Shown here piece by piece: positions 13,811-27,022 of a stretch of 64,000 bases of DNA. Position 1 is the stretch's first letter. The number at the start of each line of letters is the position of its first letter. The stretch spans positions 118,360,001-118,424,000 of the forward strand of contig NC_045697.1 of assembly GCF_009834535.1 (NCBI RefSeq). The letters run 5' to 3'. A program made the translations under genes and the position numbers. The DNA comes from Camelus ferus (Eukaryota). The notes below the pieces were generated by a model, which saw nothing but the letters and a program-made list of their open reading frames with translations, made no database searches and was not told the origin of the DNA.

Positions 13811-16328
13811 GTTTTCTATGAACCATAATTATCGTTAGATTCTATGCCAGTGAAACGTGGTTAAGACCCCCACCAAGTACTTGGGCTTCTCACGGGGGAA
13901 CGGGGCCCCAGAGCAAATGTGGTACTTCTGCTTCTTTGAAAACTTAACTGATTTCCCCTCTGCTGTTCATACAAGTGAGTTCTCAAAATAAAACAGGACG
14001 GTTGGCATCAGAGTTTTCCTGAGAGGCTCCTGTACCATCCATGAGAATAAAACCGGGCGGAGGCTAATTTAGCATGCCTTAATTTCGCTTTGGGGGAGAT
14101 TATTTAGGGTGGGAGAGTATTTACGGGGTGAACTTTACTAAACCAGCACACTTTTCATTGGAACTAGTTTTTCTCAGTCTAAAAAAGTGTGGAAAGTGCT
14201 GGCTCCCTCTCTTCCCATCTACTGAAATAGCACTTCTCCTTCAAGGTATAAAATTTTTTTTTTCCAGAAAAGACTTAGATTAATCCTCAGATCAGATTAG
14301 ATCATTTTTTTCCCTCTGATGCAACGGTGAGATCCTGCTGCCTCGGTCGGCCCTCCTCCCCTTCTGCTCCTATGACATTGTCTCACACGTGTGCTCCAGT
14401 CTGTGACCTGGATGACTCCCTAGCGTCTCAAACCCCTGAGAGGGTTTCCAAGGACAGGCGGGGGCTGGCCTTTCCCTCCTTCTCTCGTCCTTCCCTGAAT
14501 CACGGTCTCTGCAGCTCATGCTCCCACCCACCCTTCCCACCTGGCCCAGCAGATGTCTGGGAGGCTCTCTTCCTGTCTCTTCACATGCCTCCTCTCCTCC
14601 TTCTGGCTTCAGCTCAAAAGTTGGTCCTTGAGAGAGGCTTTCTCTGAACAAACCTTCAAAGTGTCCAAGCCACCAGCCTCTCCCACCTGGACCACCATGG
14701 TAGCCCTGCAACTGGTACCCAGGTGCCATTCCTGACTTGCATCCTCACTGGTTTAGCAGCCAGAGTGCTCATTAAAAAAATAAGTCAAAAGAAGATGGAG
14801 GCAATTTTATAGTCTTTGAAGATCCCTAATTCTCCCCCTGCAAAAATACAAAAAAAGGAAAGTGAATGACCAATGAATGAATCCTACAGACAGGTTACAT
14901 CCAGGGGAAATGAGTAACAGCAAGGTTTCTCCCAGGACCTCCATATGCAGGTGGACGGGCTGAGCCAGCAAGACCGCAAAAATCTGGCCGGGTGTGAGCC
15001 ACCACGGGGAAGGAAGCAGGAAAGGCAAGCACACCTCGAACAGTTCTAAGACGCAAGCCCACCCATAGGTAGCAATCCTCAGATTGAGGGCTCTCCACTT
15101 GGTGCAGAAAGTTCAGGGAGCTAATCTGAAAACTGCAGCCCAGTCTGCAACTAGGCTTGACTCCTCGGGGAGCGCAGGGGAAACGCACGGTGTGAGAGCA
15201 GCTGGGGTCCTAGGAACGAGCCAACCTGAGCAGGGCGCTCCAAGGAGAAACATGCACGGAAAAAAGTGAGAACAAGACAATAATGAGACCAAAAGAGGGA
15301 GAAGAGAGGGACTGATAAATTAAAACCGGTAATCAACGAGTTTGGAAGCAAATAAAGAAACAGAACAGACACACAGGTCTAAAATCGAGGTCTTGGAAGA
15401 AAACAGAATCAACAAGCCACAGAGCAACCTAATCAAGCAAAGAGGAGCAAACCATAAGCACTTAAAATAAAAATGGTGAGAAAACCTTAAAATTAAGAAA
15501 ATGTATAAAATTATAAGATACTACTTTTATTAGAGTAACTAAGTGGATTGAAAAAAATGCAATGTATGATTATCTAGAAAACAGATTTAGTGCATTTAAA
15601 ATCTGCATAGCATTGCGGTGAACACCATTATGCCTTTTATTCTGTTCCACATTTGCACACGCCCGCACCCACATTACACATGGTAGTGTCACCCTCAGGG
15701 TGGAAGCTGGACTGCTCACACTTCTGTAATGTAGTCATCATCAGGTGGAGAAACCATGCAATATTTTCTGTAGTTGTACATGACAGTTTTCATCCTACAA
15801 TGAGGAGAAAATCTATTTTCCATTGGGACCTTCAGCATAAAGGGTCCCCAGTGCTTTTAGTTCCTCTTCTCATTACCACATGATAAAAATAGCTCTCGGA
15901 TTCTGCAGAGAAAATGCAGCCACAGAGGGGAACACAGATACCGAGAAGTGTGCTCAGGACGCAGGTGAGAAAGCTGTCACCGCCCCCAACCACCGCCAGT
16001 GTTTTATGAACAAAAGAGAGCAAAGCACATTGTTCCTCAGCAATCCAGAGGTAAAGACTCAGAGAACATCATTGGATCTCAAATGCTATGATGCGTTTAT
16101 AGAAGTCCTTGAATGAAAGATGACCTGGTTGGTGCGAATCACCAGACACACAGAGGAGATGCACGCGGATCCCTGGGAAAAAATGGCTGAGGCTCAGAAC
16201 CAGGTCCCCGAGGAGGGGCTGATGTCAGAGCTCCCTGTGTGTGTCTTTGCTGATTGACTGTGTTAGGACACATGCGTCAGTTTCATGCCAGAGGGCGTAT
16301 AGCTCGGTCACACTCCTACGCTGAACAC

Positions 16329-16440
16329 TTTTTCTTTTTTAATTGAAGTATAGTCAGTTTACCGCGTTGCAACAATTTCTTACTGTGTAGTCCGGGGAAC
16401 TGTATTCAGTACCTTGTGGTAACCTAGAAGGAAAAAGAAC
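16329..16440 (-). mobile_element. Very short L1 3' end with inversion
   Basis: Poly-T plus aattgaagtatagtcagtttac (minus sense) fused to plus-sense tactgtgtag...ggaactgtattcagtaccttgtggtaaccta. Confidence 0.75.
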
Positions 16441-16444
16441 ACAC

Positions 16445-17310
16445 TGCTGGGATCCGGGTACCAAATTCTCCACACGTTTACTGCAGGATTTTGAGCAAAT
16501 TAGCTAAAATAGCAAATGAAGGCTTTGTTTCCCACCCAGAGTCAGCCCAACTCGGGGCTAAAGACACAGCCCTCCTGACGGTTGAGTCTGCCCAAGTCTG
16601 CAGTGAGGGCGCCAAACAGCAAAGTCTGAGGGAACAGTCCGCACGGAACTGCCCTCTCTTCACACACCCGCTGGGAGGTTGAGGGTCCCCGGGACCCCTC
16701 CTATTCTGGATGAGGTGACCATCAGTTTGGGGGTTCTCCCAGCCACCTTCTGGAATGATAATTTGTTAGAAAACTCACAGAACTCAGAAAAGTCATATAC
16801 ACTTAGCATTCATATTCCTACTATTATATACAATTGCTGTTGCAGTTTTACTGTGGCCAAAGGACACAAATGACAAACCAAAGTAAGAGATGCACCGAAT
16901 GGGAATCTGGGGGTAACAATTATGAGGCTCCCTTGTCCGCAGGGCTGTGCACAGAGCATCTCCAGCCCAAGACCCTCACTAGAGCTCAGTATGCAGTTTT
17001 ACTGGGGTTTCACGATGTGGGTGTGGCTGATTAAATTCAGTCTCCAGTTCCCCTCTTCCAGGAAGGTGAGCCCAAAGCCCTATCCCTCTAGTCACCTGGT
17101 CGGTCTTCCTCATTAGCATAATGAACCACCTCATTAGAATAATGAGAGTCACCTCATTAGCATAACGATCCAGCGTGGTCTCCAAGGCCCACCACGAGTC
17201 AGGACAGGACCCTGGTCCCCCAGGAAATTTCAGGGCTTTGGGGATTACTTCCTCGTCACTGGGGTCACCAGACTTCTCTTTGGACTGAAGCCAAAGTTTT
17301 TATTACACAT
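16445..17310. mobile_element. MER21-like LTR
   Basis: Motifs tgataatttgttagaaaactcacagaactcagaaaag, ctcattagcataa and caggaaatttcagggcttt are characteristic of MER21. Confidence 0.65.
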
Positions 17311-19049
17311 TTCCCAGTTTATACAGTGAGCTTAATCACAGTATGGTATGTTGGATTTGGCAAGGATTGGATGAGTTTTAAATTACTTGTAAATTACTCA
17401 TACAGTTCATGGTAAAGCCTGAAAAATTTTTTTAAATTATTATTATGATTACGTTTTCTTTTTCTGCCAGTCCTCATTCATTTACCCCTTTGACAACAAC
17501 AAACTTTTACAGTTCAGTTTTCAGAAGACAGCGTTAGAAGTGCAAGCATTTGTAACTAGAGCTGTTGAAGCAATCCAGGGTTCACTTTGAAGAGTTGACA
17601 CAAATTAAATGTAAAAAGAAACTGTGAGATAGTAATTTATGATACTGAGTGATCCTATTATGTGCAGAACACCTTCCGAAATGAAACTTAGAAAAACATG
17701 GGGAATATTTCAGAAAGTGATGACTAAGTTAAATACAGATAACATGAATTTTTTTCTACTTTAATTTTCTCAAGATATGGAAGAAAATAGTTTTTTTTCA
17801 TTTGTTTCTTTTTTTATATTGCACTAAAACATGGAAATAATGATCAGTATGTCCAGCTATTACTGGTCACAAAATTCATTGAGACCATGTCTGAGAAAAA
17901 TAGCTACTTACTAATGTGCCCATTTAGCAGGCAGGCAATATCTGTGCCTTGGGAAAATAAACAAAGCATGAAAGAAACATATGGAAGCTCTTACTTTCAC
18001 AGATGAAACCAGTCCAACAAATTCTCATTAACCTCGGCACTAACATGCACTGTGAAACCAATTTTGTCTTTCAGGGATTACATGTTTAATATTCTGTCTA
18101 CAATTTTAATTTGCTGTCTATCTTTTCTCCACAGACCTCGGTATTAAAATTAAAAAACTATGCATCACAATTCTCAGTTTAATCTTTAACTCTGTCTGGC
18201 TGTTGCTCACCTTCGGCTGAACCGTAGAGTGTTGTATATAGTGAATGAATGAAAAAAGTGGTTTTTAATTTCCGTTTGTTTTGCATGTAATTGGTATATC
18301 TAATAATGTTCCCATTGCTTTTAAATAATGGATGTTACATTCATTGGGTCACATAATAGAAAATAAGTTAAAATACTATTTTTATCTTGTGACTGCCCAT
18401 TACCAATGAATACAATAAAACCGTTAATCTTAGAGACAATCGTTTCAGTACCAACCCACACTGTAGCCAGACTCTGACTCAGGGATCATACAAACACGTG
18501 AATTTGCAAAGTCCTCTTTCTTATATTTTCAGGTATGTATGTATTTAACAGTTTTCCATCTAGATGTTAGTCCAACTTTTGTCCCTGGGTTGAAAAATCT
18601 TGTAATATGGAAGTGAATAGAAGCCTGCCTTGCTTTTTAGTATTTCCAAGCCTTGCTTTGCATTCTCATCAGTGAGGACGTTGGATGTGAAGAGTGGCAT
18701 GAACTCATGTGCTAGCAAAAATCCAAGATGACTGGAGATTTGTCAGTTTCTCTTGTAAGTTTCTGCCAAGGTCAATTTTATATATTTTAAGACTCGGAGA
18801 CCTTAGAAATTTTAATTTCTATACTAAGCTATACGAAACTTCAAATGATACACGGACCTTGGGAAATTTAACTCTGATTTTCACTTGATAGTTATCAAGT
18901 ATTTCAACTTCATCTTCATTTTTGATTCAGTGAGATATTGTTGTATATACTCAGTCTGTGGAAATGCACCCCACATTTGCTTCTTTGTTTCCCCACTGCG
19001 TTCTGCATGTCAGACCGCTCCACTAGAATGACTTTCAGGGTAGTGGGAG

Positions 19050-21010
19050 GCTGGGGTATACTCTGTACTTAAGGTCTGCTTGCAGCAAATGTCTTAGTTT
19101 TGTTTACATAAAAATGCCACTATTTGGCTCTCATGTCTAAAATATAGCCTTGCTGATTACACCGTTCTATGTTTACCGTCATTTTCTTTCAGCAGTTTGA
19201 AGTGGTGTTCCGTGGCCTTCTGGTTTCCACTGAAAAATCAGCTGATGGTCCAACTGTTGGTTCTTGGGTTGTAGTCAGTCAGTTCTCGGTGGTTCCCATT
19301 AAGGACGCCGTGTCTTTGGTGACGTGCCGTCTCCTGCAGCGTGTCTGGGGACCATGACCAGGAGGTAGGCTCATCAGGGGTTCTCAAGCTGGGCACCACT
19401 GACGTTTGGGTTGGGTAGCTCTCTTGCGGAGGCTGCCCCGTAGCTTATACGGTGATTAGCGGCATGACCACAGCCTTCCTCCAACCAGAAGTGCACCCAG
19501 ACATTGACAAGTACCCCCCGGGGGTAAAATCATTCCCCACTGAGAACTGCTCAGCTAGCTTAAACTGCACGTTGAAAGACTTAAAGGGTCGTACCCGAAG
19601 ATGAGCGCAACAGAAGTTTATGTCATCCGTGCTACGTGTCCGTTGTGGGCTGAGCGTGGCTTTGCCCCGTGTCTCCATTTGTCTGCATCTAGGCTGAGAG
19701 ATGAGCCCTGACTTGGGGCATTTCCAGCATCACGGCAGGAAGAGGAGGAAACCCTGACAAAACGCATGCTCGCTCTCAGGGCTTCAGCCTGGCAGGGACC
19801 CGTGGCACTGCCACTTTCTTTTCATTAAGCAAGCTACATCATCAGGCTCAACAGTAACTGGGTGGAAAATACCTCGTCTCCATAAGAAGGAGTGGAAAAT
19901 GTTTGGGAATGATCATACAGCCTCACACAATACAAAAACGCTTTTATTTATTTGACTTCTTAAGTCTACAGATCATAACCTTTTATCACCTCTAATATAC
20001 TCTCGGTACACCTTCCAAAGGCTTCTCTCCTGTTCTTTTTTGGAATTTCAGTTAGTGGCATGTTAGACTTTCTAAAACCTCTCTGTATCTTAAACTTTCT
20101 TTCCATTTCACATAGGCTTCGTCTTTGTACCGCATTCTAAATAAGATCATTGAATGTGTCTTCCAGTCCACTCACCTTCTCTCCAGCTAGGTTTAAGAAC
20201 CCATTATTGGTTACCCTTAAATTTGTATGTGCATGTTTTTCTTAATAAAGGTGAGTGTTAATTAATATGTCTGTATTAATAATAAAAATTAAAATATTTT
20301 GATCTATCTTCTGTGGTAAAATTTGCCTGGTGTATTAGTTTCTTCTCATCTTTAAAATCCTCAATTTTTATTTATCATCATTAAATTATTATTATATTTT
20401 CCATATATATTATATGGAAATTACATATACTATGTAATGTTTTATATCTATTTACCCACATCTTCTTTCTAAATTTTTTTTCACTGTAGCCTTTTTCTGG
20501 GTCCCATTTCTTTCCTGATAAACTTCGTTTATCATTTCAGCAAAATTCTATGAGTGATAAAGATTAACCCTTACGTTAAATATCTTTATTTTACCCTCAC
20601 TGTGGAAGGATAATTTAGGTTGATGGTTATGTCCTCTCAGTGTTTTCAAGGTCATATTTTTTTCCTTCACTCAGTTTTGGCCAGTGTGAAATTTACTGTC
20701 AAATTCTGATTCCTGTGGTTTATTGTTTATAATATGTGATTTATTGTTGCTCATTTTAATATATTTCTCTTCATCTCTGTGGTTCTGCAGTCTCTACAGT
20801 GAATCTCAGTGCCTAGTTGATTATCAGGACTTAAGTTACTTCTACAATCTAAGGAATTATTTATTTATCAGTCTGAAAAAGTATCTATCATTTCTTCTAA
20901 TGTCTCTTCTCTATTTCCATTTGTCTCTTCTTCTAGAACTCACTAGATAAACGTTGCTTCTCTATTAGTCTATCTTTGACATCTCAATATTTTTGTATTT
21001 TCAATCCCTG
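19050..21010 (-). mobile_element. Patchy, highly diverged antisense L1 remnants interrupted by younger elements
   Basis: T-rich L1-like motifs such as ttctggtttccactgaaaaatcagctg, gttagtggcatgttagactttct and aatatctttattttaccctcactgtggaaggataatt. Confidence 0.45.
19375..19552 (+). mobile_element. MER20-like hAT MITE
   Basis: Terminal cagggggttctcaa-like...tgagaactgct inverted ends with internal ccagacattg...aaaatc motif. Confidence 0.7.
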
Positions 21011-22499
21011 GTTTTTTGTTTTTGTTTTTGTTTTTGTTTTCTGTGATCAACCAACTAGAAGAGAAAGTGGTTTCTTATATGGTGCACAGGACATTTCAAA
21101 AGATGCTATAAACAAGGACAAATAAATGTAGCACCAACTGACCATTAAATGCATAGAGACTAGGAAGGCTTTTATATATCACACAAATTATGAAAAATTC
21201 CTCTCATGTGCAAGGGACAAAAAAAAAAAATTCAGCATCTTAGGTAAGAATGTAAAAACAAACAGTCCCACACATTAAATGCAAATCACTGTCAGAGTGA
21301 AGTAGATTAGGGCTCTTTTGTTTAAAATATATATATATATATATATATTCCCTGTGGTTTTCCTTTAGTTTGTTAAGAAAAATCCTAACATTAAAATGGT
21401 GAATCATAGCCAGAAGGTTTATAAAAAATAGAAATTATCAATAATACTCCTAAGCTTTGCTATTTTGTACCTAGATTTGAGAATTCTCCCCACCCCTTCA
21501 TTACACACCCTGAAATAAAACGGAAGTTACATATACAGCTTTGCAAAGTCCAGTTCATCCACTCCTGCAATAATTCCCGCAATAATCACCATGACTCCAA
21601 ACTCAGAGCAACCAGCCAGACGCCACCCGGTGTCCACCTGACCCTTTGCTTTACAGCGGTGACCATTCATTCCTTTCTCCCTTGGACCAGGGCTCCTAGC
21701 ACGATCAGTCTCAGCGACGCTCCGCTGGGTGGCTGTCCCACAAACCAATAAAGAAGACGAACAAGTTCACATCTTTGACTTTGGACCTGAAAAACAGCAA
21801 AAACAAGAAAATTCTCTCTGAACCGAAAGAACTGAAGTCATTATTGTTTAGCGCTACGTGCAGGGGTGGAAACCCCCTTGCACAGAAGGACGTACGCTTG
21901 GGAAATTCAGTTCTGCTAAAGAAAATCAAAGTCAGTATGTTTTACGGGGATAAATAACTCTGAATGCTGTGAGGATTTTCTACTTTGTGTGGAATAACCT
22001 CCCAACAAAAATATTTAAATGCTCCCTATAAGGAGTATATTGCTGCACTTTCCAGATACTTAATTCTTCTCTTTCTCAGTGTTATCAAAACCAGCAGAAG
22101 CATTCGCAGGGAACTTAATGGAAGTCAAAGTCATGAATTGTTCCCATGCTAAACACACCTGAGTGGGTTTAGAGTAGAATGTCCTTAAAGGAAAAAGAAG
22201 AGAAAGAAACACTTCTACAGAACAGGCCATGTTGTTAACGTTTATAGAGTTCAGAGAGAAATCTCTTCACCTCCCTGTAATGTCAAAACAGACATTTCCA
22301 ACTAAATGATTATTCTGCTCTCCTTTTGACTGGCAATGGAAAGGGTGACCTTGAAAGCACATAAATGATCTGTTTCCTCAGAGTTAGACATCAAGATGCC
22401 CTTCTTACACTGAGATTGCCTTTATTCCTGCAGACTTTGGGATTATGCCGGTCACTGGAGCCCAACAAAGAAAGGATATGAGAAAGCATTATTGAAAAT

Positions 22500-22667
22500 A
22501 GGTAAACAAGAAGTTTCTACCGTACAGCACAGGGGACTATATTCAATACCTTGTAATACCCTATAATGGAAAAGAATATGAAAAAGAACATAAATATATA
22601 ACTGAATTTCTGTGCTGTACACCTGAAATTAACACAGCATTGTAAATCGACTAGACTTCAATTGACA
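22500..22667 (+). mobile_element. 5'-truncated L1 3' end with perfect 19-bp TSD
   Basis: AGAAAGCATTATTGAAAAT at 22481-22499 and 22668-22686 flanks L1 3'UTR sequence. Confidence 0.9.
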
Positions 22668-25600
22668 AGAAAGCATTATTGAAAATGATGTTGTATAAAA
22701 CACATGTTATTCTCTGCTTGGCCATTTGAAAACCCTAGGTCCCTCTTCTCACTAAAGTTGCCATCGCAACTACATCTCCTTCCCACTACATCTCGGAGGG
22801 GCGGCGCAGGTGGGTTTGATGGAAGATGGTAAGAACGCAATGAATGTGCCCCAAGCACAATCAGAGATTGCTCAGAGACAAGCTTAGACCTGCTGCCTCA
22901 TCGTCCCCAAACCTCCCCAACCCAATGAGGAGCCAGTCTCCCCGCTTCCAGCCCTTCCTTCAACAATCCTGATCACTCCAAGAGCCCTGGTGAGGACGAC
23001 AGTGGACTGGCCCTTCCTCCGATGGTTTCCCTAATCAAATTGTGGGAATGGAAGAATCTGGAATCCCATTCCACCATCCTAGCTGTCAGAAGCATCACTG
23101 TGTCAGCAGGAGAAAAACAGGACTTCAGCAAACAGTCCTTTACTGGGCAAAACCTGTCCTGAGGTCACTCCATTCTAAACTGTTCATTTACAAGAATCTG
23201 GACATTTAAGAAAAACAAAAACATTAACACTGATGACAGCATCGCTAGGATATGTAACAAATTGTATATTGAAGTTTCCCTGAGAAACGCCGTCCCTCTC
23301 TCATGGATGGAGACAAGCCTGTAAAGCAGCTTTGTGCAAGTGCATGTTAAAGTTCCAGATGACAGCTGCGGAGCCAGCATCTTAAAGTGATCGGAAAATT
23401 CACGCACGGGGGCCACAGCTGGACCCATCGATCAAACTGTGTTTTCTCAAACGAGACTCAGTAGTCGTCAGGTAATTAAACAGTGCATGTTCTGGACTTG
23501 AGAATTTTAGCCTTGGGAGCTGGATTTGGAAGAAAGCCAACATGCAGAGCTTTCACTGCTGCTTTAGCCCAAGATGAAGCCCTTTAAAGCCCTGTGTGAT
23601 GCTGGGATGATTCACAGGGTCCGCATTCAGAACTGTGCCTGCACTTGCGATCAGCTCCGTCGGTCACTGAGGTGAAGAGCGTTTAAATGTTGGGGGCTGA
23701 GTTAAAATTCACCCCAGTGGAAGTAGAGTGTTCAGTATACGTAAGTTTCTCCCTTCTTCCTGAGCAGGGTCTAAACTGACGTGGACAGAGAAGCCCATGG
23801 TAGCAGCCTCTCAGGTGTGACGGAACACCAGGTCCACTCCCTCTGCACTGACGGGCAATCCATGTCATCAAGATGATTTTCACTGGAAGGCAGGGAACAC
23901 CCTGATTGTAGTGGCCCAGGTCATGACATCAGCTTTAAAAATCTGGTGAAAAAGCGTCTCAAGGCGCTGGCAGCTCCACACGCAGTACAAGTGGGCCTCC
24001 GCTCTGCTTGCTGGGGCCCGCTGGGGCCTGCCCCCCGCGCTGACGCTTTGCTTCCAGCTAGCGTTTGTTGACACCACCCGCGCACCAGCTTCAGTCTAAG
24101 CGCCTTTTACCTGCGTTACTTCGTGTAATCCTCATAAGGGTCCTACGAGGGAGACCTCTCATTATTCTTGTTTTTCACAAGAGGGGACTTGAGATGCTCA
24201 TTTATCCTCCAAATATTCACTCTCACCCATTTTCCAGAGAAGGGAAAGGAAGCCCTGAGGGACTCCCCACCTGGCAGGAGCCCTCGTGGCCAGCCAGTGG
24301 CAGAGATGGGACTGGAAGCCGGCACTCACTCCAAAGCCCGATTCCTTAACCCTCAGGCCATCGGTCTCCCCTCTGCCAGAGGGAAGAGCAGCTGCAGGGA
24401 TTCCCTCCCCACCTGACTGTATCTAAGGCAGAGGACGGGCTCAGTCTTGTGAGTTTTTTAAGATCAAGAAGCCCTTTGCCAGAAGCCCTGCAGACCACCC
24501 CTCAGGTCTCACCCCCAGAATGGTCGCCCTCGCCCAAGCTGATGACCGTCGGCGGGTGGTCAGCACCTTCGCCCCGTGGAGATGGGAAGCAGCCGGCCCT
24601 CCCGGATCCTCCTGGAGAAGGACCCCCAGGGCAACGTGGGTGCTCCCCCAGCAAGGACATGGGTGACAGCGGGCAGCCCGACCACGCTGTGTCTGCCAGA
24701 GGCGTCCACCAGGAAAGCCAGGGTCTCAGGATGCTCGAGTGGGGGCCACTTATATGAAATCAAAAGGCCCTGAGCCTTAGTCCTTTCTTTGGAATTTCAT
24801 ATCAGGAAGTTCATCATGCCAGACATGCACCAGAAAAGAAAAATGCCTGAAATAGATTCACTTCTCCCCAACCTGGACACTTCTTAAACCAGAAATCCAG
24901 TCTTTCCTGGGACAAAATGTGTATTGAAAACCTTCTAGGATGCCGCATGAAAAGCCTTCATGAAAGCAATGGCCCCTAACTTCACGATGTTTAAAATTAA
25001 ATAGGAAAAAAATTTTTTTAAAGCATCCATATACATAAATAAATACGCTAATGACTTACAAACAAACAAATACTTCAGACGTAGCTTTGTTGGGAGCACA
25101 CATGCCCTTAGGGCTGAGACTATCACTGCATTTCTTTCCTTGTTTGTCACAGACCCACTTCTAGAAAGAAAGGCAGGGGCACAGTGTATGGGACCGCTCG
25201 GTCACAATGCAGAGGAGTAACCACAGGCGTTCCACCCGAGCAGGATCAGCAGGTCTGTGCGTCATCTGCACACGGGACACACGGTTCAGTCCACATGGTA
25301 ACATGGCGTTTGTCGGAAATGCTCACTGGGAAAATCCAGTTTGGAAATTCCCAGTGTACAGACACCAGGATCCTGGTGCAGGTTAACTGTCTGTCCTTCC
25401 CTAAATAGAATCTTGCCCCACAATTGATTTCTGCCCTAAGGACAGAGACACAACTGCTCAAAGTCCAGACAACTGGGCTGTGTAGACATAGCTGGAGGTA
25501 AATTATTGGAGTCGTCCTAACGAGATCCAGCAGGCTATTTAAAATACAAACAAATAGTGATGATCCACTTTTTGTCAGTTTAACTGGATATAATTTTTCA

Positions 25601-26502
25601 ATTTCTAGGTGTATTTTCCAGTTAATCATTGTATCCTCTGTTCAGTAAACGCACCATTTTACTAACCATAACCATTCACCAGTGGGTAAATTAGTCAGGT
25701 TTCTGCTGGAAGCACACTAGGGCAAGCATCACCCAAAACAATCCCCTTCCACGTTCACATGTTGGTGGGGCTCTGCTGTTGGGCTGACCTCACTTGGGCT
25801 CACCTTTTTTCCAAGCCAGACTGGATCGCAAGCTTCAGACTGGTCCTATCTTCCTTCCAAGATCCAGGCTGAAGAAGCAGCAGCTCCCCAACTTGGGGAA
25901 AAGTCAGAATGGGGCAATTTAACTGCGTTATCAGGACGACTCAGCCCACCCCCAGCCCCAGGGCGGCTCCGCACCTGCGAGGTCCTCGTGCTCCGCACCA
26001 TCCGGAATGCGCTCCTGACTCGGGTGTGCAGCGCCCGCTCCACCTCCATCGGGCTTAGTCTTTTGGCAACAATTCCCCAAACAGCATTTCTTGTGGGTTT
26101 AGATCTGGCCTCTGCCTCCGATCTTCACTCTTACCGGATCCTCCGTTTCTGCTCACCCAGCCTGGGTCCATGTTCCCGCTGTGCGACCTCCCGCGTCAGT
26201 ACCCGGCACCCAGAACCCGACCCCACCTCGAGCGCGTCCTGCCTTTGGCTCATCCAACTTCCAACCAAGGACGTTGACTCTCAAAGCCGGCAAGTCACCA
26301 ATCAATCAAAATGCATCATGAAGTTAGACTATTAATAACATTTAAAGAAAAATTGCAACTCGATTTTATACATTTCATTTTTATTTGAAGCAAAGATTAA
26401 ATATAAGCTGTTGGGTTTCCTGAATACCAGAGAAATCATGAAATGTGGTAGAATAAGACAGTTTACGTTTTTATTCTTGCCTGTCATTAAGACTTACAAT
26501 TA

Positions 26503-27022
26503 CTTTTTTTTTTAATTAAAGTACAGTCAGTTATAATGTGTCCATTTCTGGTGTACAGCACAGTGTCCCAGTCATGCATATGCATTCATATACTCATTTT
26601 CATATTCTTCTTCATTAAACATTATTACAAGATATTGAATATAGGTCCCTGTGTTATACAGAGCAAATTTGGTTTTCTAAAGTCCATTTTTATATATAGT
26701 GGCTAACATTTGCAAATCTCAAACTCTCAAATTTATCCCTTTTCACCCCCATTTCCCTAGTAACCATAAGATTGCTCACTATGTCTGTGAGTCTGTTTCC
26801 GTTTTGTAGATAAGTTCATTAGTGTCCTCTTTTTCTAGATTCCACATAGGAGTGATATCACATAGTATTTTTCTTTCTTTTCCTGGCTTCACTTAGAATG
26901 ATGATCTCCAGGTCCATCCATATTGCTGCAAATGTCTTTATTTTATTCTTTTTTATGGCTGAGTAGTATTCCATTGTATAAATTTACCACAGCTTCTTTA
27001 TCCAGTCATCTGTCAGTGGACA
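26503..27022 (-). mobile_element. L1 3' end (~520 bp)
   Basis: Poly-T, 3'UTR, and ORF2-end motifs tttatggctgagtagtattccattgtata and tatccagtcatctgtcagtggaca. Confidence 0.9.

Noticed and set aside
20398..20420. Short perfect hairpin TTTCCATATA-tat-TATATGGAAA (similar ones at ~53388-53410 and ~59241-59265)
   Set aside because: AT-rich arms of 8-10 bp are expected by chance or slippage and are too short for a pre-miRNA.
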